From a virus (lineage: Duplodnaviria; Heunggongvirae; Uroviricota; Caudoviricetes): a stretch of DNA of 64,000 nucleotides. The stretch is taken from the IMG/VR virus record IMGVR_UViG_3300033692_000022; one strand, written 5' to 3'. Shown piece after piece: positions 28,229 to 36,387 of the stretch. Position numbers and translations under genes: made by a program. Below the pieces are notes generated by a model. That model worked only from the letters and a program-made list of their open reading frames with translations. It made no database searches and was not told where the DNA came from. Numbering within the stretch: position 1 is the first letter of the stretch; each line of letters opens with the position of its first letter.

Positions 28229-31200
28229 GACTCCTATATCTACCAGCACAGACCCTCTGGTAGTTGATCAGTCAGGCTATAAAACAGCAAGGTTTTTGAT
28301 AGAGCTAGACAATGGAGAAACTAAATTCGAAAGTTATTCTTATGGGTTAAATACTGAAGAGCCGATTGTATTTAATCACAGCCTAATAGATAATAAATTG
28401 GATTTAGGACTTAAGCGAGATTTCAATTTAGATTTCAGTATAGTACTAGGAGTGATGGACAGCGCCAACGGGTTTATTAAAAGAAATAACGAAGTAGTTG
28501 GCCAGTGGTCGAAAGACCAGACTTCTTTTGATAAGACCTGGTTTACCGATAGCGGCACCAACAATATTAAAGTAGAACTAGGAGATTTAATAGAAATAAC
28601 ATTAGAAGATCCTTTGTATTACAGTAAATCAATGACAATAGATGGTAAAGAGCCTATCTTAAATACGTCTCCGCAATCTAGTGGTAACTATGTGGCTCTT
28701 GAATGGGATGTTAGTGATGGCTCACAGGATTTCACATATATGCTTCACAAAAAGAAGTCCTCAGATAGTGTATTCCAAACTATACCAGCTAAAGAAAACC
28801 TTAAGATACTTAATGTATATCCAGAAAATGGGGTAAGTGAAACAATAACCTTCACAAACTGGAAAGGAGAAACTACGACAACCTTAAAATCTGCCTCCCT
28901 AAAGAAATGGATGGAAGAACCAAATAACACACATTCAAAAGGATGGGGTAAAGGCCTTATAGATGTCGATATAGTTTCATTACTGGACTTTAATAATTCA
29001 CCAGACAGTTATCTTAAGACTAATGGCAGTTATGACTATGATGTTGTAGTATTTGGAACCTGGGATTGTAATGGAGATTGCTCAAGCGGTGGAGATACTA
29101 GCGCAGCTGCGGCAGCAAGCATAGAAACTTTCATCAAGACGGGCAGGGGTGTTCTACTCGGTCATGATACATTACACAAAAACCATCCTAATTTCAATAG
29201 TCTTGTTAGTTATTTTAATGTTACTTTAGATACAACGGGTATAGGATATACAGAACTTGAAATAACTAAAAAAGGATTACTCACCAACTATCCCTGGTAT
29301 ATAGGAGATATCGGAGATAAACTATCTATTCCCATGGCACATGTAACCAATCAGATGGCGCATGGAGATGTATGGTTTAAATTTACCGATGACACCTGGG
29401 GTGGTTATGACTATGTTGCTAATGACCTAACAAGAAATTTTTATCTTACTACATGGAATAATACTGCCTTAATTCAGACCGGTCACAGTGATGCTCAGGC
29501 GACTTCTGATGAACAGAAACTACTTGCTAACACACTATTTTATCTAGGTCAGGTTACAACCGCAACTAGCTGGAATGATATGTCCGGGCAGGATCTCGCC
29601 GGGCCAGAAAAACCAGTCATAAATAACGTAAAAATAAACCAAGACACTAAGAAAATAGAAATAGATTACAGTTCTCCAAATGATAATGGAACCACATATG
29701 ACTACTACGTTACTGCAAAAGGTAGTGAAGGATTAACAACCCAAACCAACACTTCTACTTGTACTATAAAAACAAATATTGCCGGTTATTCAATATTGGT
29801 AGATGACAGTCCAAGTAGTGTGCCCAATAACGATATAAACACTACAGAAACTTCATATGATTTGGAACATGAAAAATATGATAATTTCTATGTCCATATT
29901 GCAGCAGTAGATAATGCAGGAAACATATCAAAAACCTCACACTATCATTATACAGACAATACCGCTCCTGATTTAGATTTAACACAAAAAATATCAGAGT
30001 GGACACCTACAGAAGAAACTATAGTTGCTGAAGCTACTGATATAGGGTCTGGGGTTAGCAGAATACAACTCCCTAACGGTGAGTGGGTTAATCAATCAAA
30101 AGTAGAATTTAAAGCCACATCAAATGGTGATTATACTTTCACTGCAGAAGATTATACCGGCAACAGAACAACAAAGACTATTACCGTATACGGAGTTGGA
30201 CCAGAAAGTAATCCATTAATAAATTTAAAAATAACAGAAGTTACAAGTAGTACCATAGACCTTAGATGGGAAATATCAGAAACCATAGATGTAGACTATA
30301 TAAATTTAATGTTCCTCAAAAAAGACGGAGAAGAGTTTAAAAATATAGATATTAATGGTGACGGCTCTATAGATGATTATCTAAATATAAACGATGCAAC
30401 TTCATACAGTGTTAATAAACTCGAGCCCAGAACAGAATATTACTTTAAAATAATAGTCTATGACAATGACCAAACTCAGATGAGCAGTGCTTTATTGTCG
30501 GCAAAAACAAAAGGGCTAATAAAGGTAAATAAGAATGGCAGTTTCAAAATAGCAAAAGATGTACTCGTTAAAAAGAATAATGACTGGGAGTCCTTTAGCG
30601 GTAAAATAAAGAAGGACGGTAAACAGGTTAAGGTAGATATAGGTACTACAATTAAAACAAATCTATACGAAGAAGATGTCTGGCCGGGCTTCGAAAAAGA
30701 AATAAGGGCCATTCACTTATTAGAAGATGATAGTGATATATATGGAGATACTGATCTTAATATTGTCGATATCAAAAACGTATACGGAGGGGATGCCGAA
30801 TTCGTAGGAAGCGATTCTCTGGTAGAAACATCAGTAAACTTTAGAAATAATGCTGAGATAGGAGAAACTGCTGGTTTTACTTATGTAGTAGAAAACTCCA
30901 GAGGTAGAAGATATATCGGGCATTGTGAAATAAAGACATCTCAAACTCCAAACTTAGTAGCAATGGATGACTCGTTTGAAGTTTATGAAGGCGGATTTGT
31001 TGATATATATAAGTCGCAAATACTAGCCAATGATTATGATACAGAAAATAATACTCCAATAGAAATAGTAGATGTATTCGATGCAAAAGGTGGGACTCCT
31101 ACTGTATATGATAATTATATTAGATTCCAGGTGAATGATGAAATTGGAGATCCTGCTCAATTTAGATATACAATCAGAAACTCAATAGGTCAAGAAACAA

Positions 31201-32696
31201 CTGCATACGTAAAATTACTAATCAAAAGAGGATTAAAAGCTGAAGATCAAACTCTAACTGGTTATAAAGGAAAGGAAAAATTAATTCCTCTATCGCAGTT
31301 AAATATTACAGACCTATCAGAGTCGCCTCCATTCGAAATCACAGAGATTAAAGATACAGCAAATGGCAGCTTGATAAGTTATAACAAAGATGAAATAAGA
31401 TTTGTACCAACTGGAGAGATCGGCGAGGAAGCTAGTTTCGTATATCAAGTCAAAAATCAAACAGAATTAATTGATGAAGCCAAAATTACTCTAACCATAG
31501 AAGAGCCACCACAGATAACCTGTAATGACGATTTATTTGAAGTCACTCAAGGAAAAGAACTTATAATATCAAAATCAAATTTAAGCGATAATGATACAGA
31601 CTCGAAGGGGTTATACCCTTTAAGTGTAACTTCAGTTAAAGAACCTATTGGATGTAGTTTGAGCACTGATGGAGATACCATAATAGTAACACCAATAGTA
31701 AATGCAATGGAAGAATGTGGGTTCAAATATGAAGTAGAAAATACCGAAGGGATAAAAGGTAGTGGTAATGTGTTTATTAATGTTAAGCCATTACCAGAAA
31801 TAGAAGCTCTAATTTACGAGAATCAAAACGAAATAGATAATGAAATCGAGAATATCGTACCTCCTACAATGAAAAATATATTTAATCAGTGGGATAGATT
31901 CGATGGGGATAATTTATACACAGCAGGCTCTAGTTATGATGGCAACGCCTCATCCTGGCAATTTAGTGAAAACCCGGACAGAGTGATACAACCCGTAAAT
32001 GTGGCGCCCTATAATGGGTTTTTAAGCAACAAAGAAGTAGACTTTTATAGTCACGAAGCAACGCTAACTTCTAGCAATGGGGATAATGATGTTATTGGTC
32101 TTGTTATAGCTTTTGATAGAGATAACAATAAAAATCATACGTTAAGTGTAATAATATCAAAAGGTGATCCTATACCTAAAAGCGGTTACGGTATTGTATA
32201 TGACTATGATTATACTCATGGTGGAAGAATTCATGATAGAGATTGGATTGTTGAAGAAAAAAATGTTATATCTACCGCTGCTGGGTGGAGTGGTAACAAA
32301 ATCAGAGTAAGAGTAGATAGAGATAAAGATATAATAAAGGTATATTGCTCTGGTTGGAATAATTTGTCAAGCTATAAGATAGAGTCAGAGATAGTTATAG
32401 ATTTAAATAGTGATCCAAGACTAGAACGGTTTAAAGGAAAAAAGAAATATGGCTACGGGAACTACTCTCAAGCCAATACCACATATTTAGATATAGATTT
32501 CAAAGGTGGTATTAACTACACTAAGATGTATAACTTCGAAACAGAAACTGTATATAAATATAATATAGATAGCAATTCTTGGGAGGCGACGAATACTACT
32601 ATCCAGGATGAATTAGGGTATGTAAGAGAAGTGGTTAACCCGAAAACAGGAGAAAGATATCTTATCAAAGAAAACGAAATAATTAAAATGACATAG
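28206..32696 (+). CDS. Tail protein paralog B, part 2 (1496 aa): beta-rich region, a ThuA/GATase1-like domain, Ig-like and FN3 modules, cadherin-like repeats and a C-terminal lectin-like domain
   Basis: Contains YDVVVFGTWDC...GRGVLLGHDTLH (GATase1/ThuA-like), EATDIGSGVSRIQLPNGEWV...AEDYTGNRTTKTITV (Ig-like module) and an FN3 module with DINGDGSIDD. The C-terminus matches the 26821 ORF. Confidence 0.5.
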   Translation: MATIHCGETPISTSTDPLVVDQSGYKTARFLIELDNGETKFESYSYGLNTEEPIVFNHSLIDNKLDLGLKRDFNLDFSIVLGVMDSANGFIKRNNEVVGQWSKDQTSFDKTWFTDSGTNNIKVELGDLIEITLEDPLYYSKSMTIDGKEPILNTSPQSSGNYVALEWDVSDGSQDFTYMLHKKKSSDSVFQTIPAKENLKILNVYPENGVSETITFTNWKGETTTTLKSASLKKWMEEPNNTHSKGWGKGLIDVDIVSLLDFNNSPDSYLKTNGSYDYDVVVFGTWDCNGDCSSGGDTSAAAAASIETFIKTGRGVLLGHDTLHKNHPNFNSLVSYFNVTLDTTGIGYTELEITKKGLLTNYPWYIGDIGDKLSIPMAHVTNQMAHGDVWFKFTDDTWGGYDYVANDLTRNFYLTTWNNTALIQTGHSDAQATSDEQKLLANTLFYLGQVTTATSWNDMSGQDLAGPEKPVINNVKINQDTKKIEIDYSSPNDNGTTYDYYVTAKGSEGLTTQTNTSTCTIKTNIAGYSILVDDSPSSVPNNDINTTETSYDLEHEKYDNFYVHIAAVDNAGNISKTSHYHYTDNTAPDLDLTQKISEWTPTEETIVAEATDIGSGVSRIQLPNGEWVNQSKVEFKATSNGDYTFTAEDYTGNRTTKTITVYGVGPESNPLINLKITEVTSSTIDLRWEISETIDVDYINLMFLKKDGEEFKNIDINGDGSIDDYLNINDATSYSVNKLEPRTEYYFKIIVYDNDQTQMSSALLSAKTKGLIKVNKNGSFKIAKDVLVKKNNDWESFSGKIKKDGKQVKVDIGTTIKTNLYEEDVWPGFEKEIRAIHLLEDDSDIYGDTDLNIVDIKNVYGGDAEFVGSDSLVETSVNFRNNAEIGETAGFTYVVENSRGRRYIGHCEIKTSQTPNLVAMDDSFEVYEGGFVDIYKSQILANDYDTENNTPIEIVDVFDAKGGTPTVYDNYIRFQVNDEIGDPAQFRYTIRNSIGQETTAYVKLLIKRGLKAEDQTLTGYKGKEKLIPLSQLNITDLSESPPFEITEIKDTANGSLISYNKDEIRFVPTGEIGEEASFVYQVKNQTELIDEAKITLTIEEPPQITCNDDLFEVTQGKELIISKSNLSDNDTDSKGLYPLSVTSVKEPIGCSLSTDGDTIIVTPIVNAMEECGFKYEVENTEGIKGSGNVFINVKPLPEIEALIYENQNEIDNEIENIVPPTMKNIFNQWDRFDGDNLYTAGSSYDGNASSWQFSENPDRVIQPVNVAPYNGFLSNKEVDFYSHEATLTSSNGDNDVIGLVIAFDRDNNKNHTLSVIISKGDPIPKSGYGIVYDYDYTHGGRIHDRDWIVEEKNVISTAAGWSGNKIRVRVDRDKDIIKVYCSGWNNLSSYKIESEIVIDLNSDPRLERFKGKKKYGYGNYSQANTTYLDIDFKGGINYTKMYNFETETVYKYNIDSNSWEATNTTIQDELGYVREVVNPKTGERYLIKENEIIKMT

Positions 32697-32707
32697 GAGG
32701 TTATTAA

Positions 32708-33325
32708 ATGTCGATACTAGGAGAATTACCAGATTGGGATGCGCCGTCTAATAAAATAATAGAACCAGATATAACTAAAAAAACTAGTGGCTGGAATCCA
32801 GGGGAAAGGCCTCCAGCCTACTATTTTAATTGGTTCTGGACGAGAGTATCAAACGCTCTAAAAATTTTAGACGCACACAATCACGATAGTTTGTATTATA
32901 AAAAATCCGAGATAGACAGCAAAATACAGCAATCAGTAGCAAGCAATGAAGACTTGGTAGAATCAATGTACCCAATAGGATCAATTTATATTAATGCAAC
33001 AAACAATACCAATCCTGGCACTTTATTAGGCTTTGGAACTTGGGAAAGATTTGGTGAAGGTAGAGTATTAGTCAGCCAAGATAGCACAGATGCGGATTTT
33101 GATGCAATTGGCGAAACAGGCGGAGAAAAAACACATCAATTAACTGAATCAGAAATGCCATCGCATAATCACAATTATACCAGAGTATCGGGAGGTTATG
33201 GAGGTGGTGGTCTTAATGTAGATGGCAGCACAAGTACAGTACCTACTAGTCTAGCTGGCGGCGATTCTCCCCATAACAACCTTCAACCATACATCACAGT
33301 TTATATGTGGGTAAGAATATCATAA
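32708..33325 (+). CDS. Tail fiber with conserved N-terminal anchor and a C-terminal phage tail-collar-like domain
   Basis: N-terminal LPDWDAPSNKIIEPD...GWNPGERPPAYYFNWFWTRVSNALKILDAHNHDSLYY. The C-terminal PIGSIYINATNNTNPGTLLGFGTWERFGEGRVLV...GGEKTHQLTESEMPSHNHNY...PHNNLQPYITVYMWVRI fits the Collar (PF07484-like) pattern. Confidence 0.55.
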   Translation: MSILGELPDWDAPSNKIIEPDITKKTSGWNPGERPPAYYFNWFWTRVSNALKILDAHNHDSLYYKKSEIDSKIQQSVASNEDLVESMYPIGSIYINATNNTNPGTLLGFGTWERFGEGRVLVSQDSTDADFDAIGETGGEKTHQLTESEMPSHNHNYTRVSGGYGGGGLNVDGSTSTVPTSLAGGDSPHNNLQPYITVYMWVRIS

Positions 33326-33355
33326 AAACTAAATTAAGAAAGAGGAAGTGATAAA

Positions 33356-34129
33356 ATGGATAGCTTTTATCTTCCAGAATGGACCCCACCAGCCAATATG
33401 CTGGTGGAACCAGAGATTGAAAGAAGAAACCTAGGATGGGGCGCTGGAGAATCACCACCTGCAGGTGTGTTTAACTGGTTTTGGAATAAGACATATAATG
33501 CTTTAAAAGTAATAAGAGACCACGATCATGATGCAAGATATTATACTAGAATGGAAATGGGAAATATTATTTCCAATATGGCCCCAAAGGAACATGAACA
33601 CGAAGGTTCAGATATTATATCTAAAGTATCAGAGGCAGCAAATGCAGACGAGGCAACAAACTCACAAACACTTCAGGGCAGACCACCAGAACAGTTTGCC
33701 GACAATGTACACTACCACGATGATAGATACTACACAGAAGACGAGATCGATCAAAAGCTAGGCTTCAAATCCAACACTGGCCACACTCACAACTACGCGC
33801 CAGCAGAACACATCCATGATGATATATATAAAACTGAATCAGAGATAATTAATCTTGCCAAAGCAGTTAGCGTAGAAGATATATCAATAATCCAGGGGAC
33901 AATAGAAGACGGAGAGAAACTACCATTACCAAACGGCTACACTGAAAGTCAATGCAGTTGGGTAGTATCACCAAGACAGGTGGCCACAACCGGTAGAACT
34001 GACGGATATGACGATGGTAAGGGAATAAGATTCTATGCAGATAATGATCGTAACGTTATTGCTAGATTCGATGGGCTTGGTGAAGTTTCTGGTACTGCTA
34101 ACTTTATAGTTATAGGAGTTAAAAAATAA
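33356..34129 (+). CDS. Tail fiber with conserved N-terminal anchor and His-rich HxHD-RYY repeats
   Basis: N-terminal LPEWTPPANMLVEPE...GWGAGESPPAGVFNWFWNKTYNALKVIRDHDHDARYYTR. Further repeats KEHEHEGSD, VHYHDDRYYTEDEIDQKL, GHTHNYAPAEHIHDDIYKTESEI. Confidence 0.5.
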   Translation: MDSFYLPEWTPPANMLVEPEIERRNLGWGAGESPPAGVFNWFWNKTYNALKVIRDHDHDARYYTRMEMGNIISNMAPKEHEHEGSDIISKVSEAANADEATNSQTLQGRPPEQFADNVHYHDDRYYTEDEIDQKLGFKSNTGHTHNYAPAEHIHDDIYKTESEIINLAKAVSVEDISIIQGTIEDGEKLPLPNGYTESQCSWVVSPRQVATTGRTDGYDDGKGIRFYADNDRNVIARFDGLGEVSGTANFIVIGVKK

Positions 34130-34144
34130 ATAGGGGGAATTAGA

Positions 34145-34582
34145 ATGTATGTACTAATTAATTTAGATAAAAAATCTATATATGGCTTTTCTTCTAGTAA
34201 GCCAAACATAAAAGATCTTATTTCAATCAATAGAACAGCCGTAGAATATACTGGAGAACTCAGTTATGACTCGCTAAGGCCAGTTATTGATAATGGTGAC
34301 GTAATATCGGTAAAAGAAAAGACTAAATATCAGTTAAGTGCGTCTACAACTCAAATAAATGCTGGCGGCGAAGATAGAACATTTGTAAACATCAAAGTAG
34401 ATGATGGAGACGAAGATCAGGTAATGTTTAAAGTAAATGATGAAAAAGTAGGTACTGTATATACTGAGGGAGGCACAACCGAACTCGAATTTACAGCTGA
34501 TAGTCCCGGTATCTACACAATAACAGCAGAAAGTATTAATAAAAGGTATATCAGTAACTCAATAGACATAGAGGTGATATAA
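34145..34582 (+). CDS. Small Ig-like (Big_2-type) domain protein
   Basis: TFVNIKVDDGDEDQVMFKVNDEKVGTVYTEGGTTELEFTADSPGIYTITAES is a Big_2-like beta-sandwich pattern. Confidence 0.35.
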   Translation: MYVLINLDKKSIYGFSSSKPNIKDLISINRTAVEYTGELSYDSLRPVIDNGDVISVKEKTKYQLSASTTQINAGGEDRTFVNIKVDDGDEDQVMFKVNDEKVGTVYTEGGTTELEFTADSPGIYTITAESINKRYISNSIDIEVI

Positions 34583-34704
34583 TGAGCGGCCTTAAATTTA
34601 ATGGCAAGAATCCTAAAGAAAAGACCGACAAAGAAAGAATAACTGAACTCGAAGAAAAGATAGCAAAATTGGAAAAAATCATAGAAGAAAATACAACTAA
34701 TTAG
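34582..34704 (+). CDS. Small coiled-coil protein (40 aa), absent from the ORF track
   Basis: The ATG overlaps the upstream stop (TAATG) and is preceded by GAGGTGA. The product is MSGLKFNGKNPKEKTDKERITELEEKIAKLEKIIEENTTN. Confidence 0.25.
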   Translation: MSGLKFNGKNPKEKTDKERITELEEKIAKLEKIIEENTTN

Positions 34705-34715
34705 GAGGTTTTTAG

Positions 34716-35543
34716 ATGTCTTTTTTAGACCAACTACCAGAATGGAATGCACCAACAATGAAAATTCACACCCCAACTCCCAAGAAACAGGAAGAGGGTT
34801 GGAATATAGATGAAAGACCTCCTGCCGGTTATTTTAACTGGTTTTGGACAACTGTGTCTGACGCATTAAGAATCTTAGATACTCACAATCATGACTACAA
34901 GTATGTAATTAGAGGGGAAGACAATGTAATATCTTCTGAGATGATACAAAAAAACATCATCAATGAAGAACATTTTAGAGAAAATATAGACTTTAAACAG
35001 TTTATACCAGAAATAGACAGCCACCAGCATGATAACTATTTACAAAAAGACGGAGACACCATGAGTGGCCCTCTAAGACTTGGCGATAATTCAACACTAG
35101 TTAAAGAAACACCAAATGGAGATCACATTATAATAGATGAAAACGGTAGAGTATGGAACTCTGTTTACAATGATATCGCAGAACTTTATGAAGCTGACCC
35201 AAAAGTCAAAGAAGGCCAGGTACTAATCTGGGACGGAGAAAAAGTAAGAACAACATTTAAAGCAGAAGACGAGAGAGTTATAGGAGTATATTCAAATACA
35301 TTTGGATACTGTCTTGGAGGACAGCCAACTACTATTAATAAAGTTCCTATAGGTATTAGCGGTAAAGTCAAGACAAAGGTTAAAGGCCCAGTTAGACCAG
35401 GAGACCTCCTGACTACTTCAGAAATACCCGGGGTTGCTAAAAAGTCCGAGAATAAAAAACTTGGAACAATATTTGGTAAAGCCATGGAAGACATAGAAAA
35501 AGATAAGATTAAGACAATCTGGGTATTCATTGCGGTGATATAA
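34716..35543 (+). CDS. Tail fiber with conserved N-terminal anchor and a DGDTMSGPL fiber motif
   Basis: N-terminal LPEWNAPTMKIHTP...GWNIDERPPAGYFNWFWTTVSDALRILDTHNHDYKY. SHQHDNYLQKDGDTMSGPLRLGD is a recurrent phage fiber motif. Confidence 0.5.
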   Translation: MSFLDQLPEWNAPTMKIHTPTPKKQEEGWNIDERPPAGYFNWFWTTVSDALRILDTHNHDYKYVIRGEDNVISSEMIQKNIINEEHFRENIDFKQFIPEIDSHQHDNYLQKDGDTMSGPLRLGDNSTLVKETPNGDHIIIDENGRVWNSVYNDIAELYEADPKVKEGQVLIWDGEKVRTTFKAEDERVIGVYSNTFGYCLGGQPTTINKVPIGISGKVKTKVKGPVRPGDLLTTSEIPGVAKKSENKKLGTIFGKAMEDIEKDKIKTIWVFIAVI

Positions 35544-36374
35544 ATGGGATTATTAAATAATATACCGGGCTGGAATGCCCCAGAAGAAAAAGTAGTAGAG
35601 CCAAAACAGGTAAAAAAAGATAGCGGCTGGAATCCAGGAGAAAGACCACCCGCATATGTATTTAACTGGATGTGGAACATGGTATCAAATGCCCTAGAAA
35701 CACTGAGCAATCACTTACATGATGATAGGTACTCAAAGAAAGACCACACTCACAGCGTGACTGAAGTATCTGGTAAGATAGATAATGCAGCTTATGCTGA
35801 TAACGCAGACAAGTTAGATGGTAGAGACGCCTCGGATTTTGCCTCAAGTTCACACTCCCACCCCTACTCTCCAGAAAACCACACCCATGATGGAAGATAC
35901 TATAAAGAATCTGAAGTCAACAACCTTATAAATAACCTACAAAATGAAGTAAACAATCTTAAAAACCAATCTATGGATCTTGAAAATGTTTATCCAGTAG
36001 GATCGCTATATTTTAATGCAGTCAGCGGTCAAAACCCTGAAACTCTTTTAGGTTTTGGTAAGTGGCAGCGCTTTTCTAAAGGTAGAGTATTAGTAGGATT
36101 AGATGAAAGTGATGGTAATTTTAACGGGTTACAGGAAAGAGGAGGAGCAAAAACACACAGACTTACCGATGCAGAAATGCCAAAACACAAACATATCTCG
36201 CCTTATGGTGATACTTGGAACACTCCATGGGGGACATATGGTAACTGGAAAACAGGTTCTGGGGATTCAGATAGTGACAACCACTACCACTGGACAAGTC
36301 CAGCAGGAGGAGATAAGCCACACAACAACCTGCAGCCTTATATCACGGTCTATATTTGGCGCAGAACACAGTAA
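35544..36374 (+). CDS. Tail fiber with conserved N-terminal anchor, HxH repeats and a tail-collar-like C-terminal domain
   Basis: N-terminal IPGWNAPEEKVVEPK...GWNPGERPPAYVFNWMWNMVSNALETLSNHLHDDRYSKKDHTH. The C-terminal PVGSLYFNAVSGQNPETLLGFGKWQRFSKGRVLV...GGAKTHRLTDAEMPKHKHI...PHNNLQPYITVYIWRRT is paralogous to the 32708 C-terminus. Confidence 0.55.
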   Translation: MGLLNNIPGWNAPEEKVVEPKQVKKDSGWNPGERPPAYVFNWMWNMVSNALETLSNHLHDDRYSKKDHTHSVTEVSGKIDNAAYADNADKLDGRDASDFASSSHSHPYSPENHTHDGRYYKESEVNNLINNLQNEVNNLKNQSMDLENVYPVGSLYFNAVSGQNPETLLGFGKWQRFSKGRVLVGLDESDGNFNGLQERGGAKTHRLTDAEMPKHKHISPYGDTWNTPWGTYGNWKTGSGDSDSDNHYHWTSPAGGDKPHNNLQPYITVYIWRRTQ

Positions 36375-36387
36375 AGGAGGTGCTTAG

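Noticed and set aside
33528-33761. ORF 33528..33761 (+, 77 aa)
   Set aside because: It is an internal alternative frame of the 33356 fiber gene, with no ribosome-binding site and a His/Gln-rich artefact translation.
35186-35710. Minus-strand 174-aa ORF overlapping two + strand fiber genes
   Set aside because: It lies entirely antisense to well-supported paralogous fiber genes. It has no ribosome-binding site and its composition is typical of antisense reading of an AT-rich coding strand.
36103-36387. ORF 36103..36387 (+, 94 aa)
   Set aside because: It is an alternative frame inside the collar-domain coding region of the 35544 gene.
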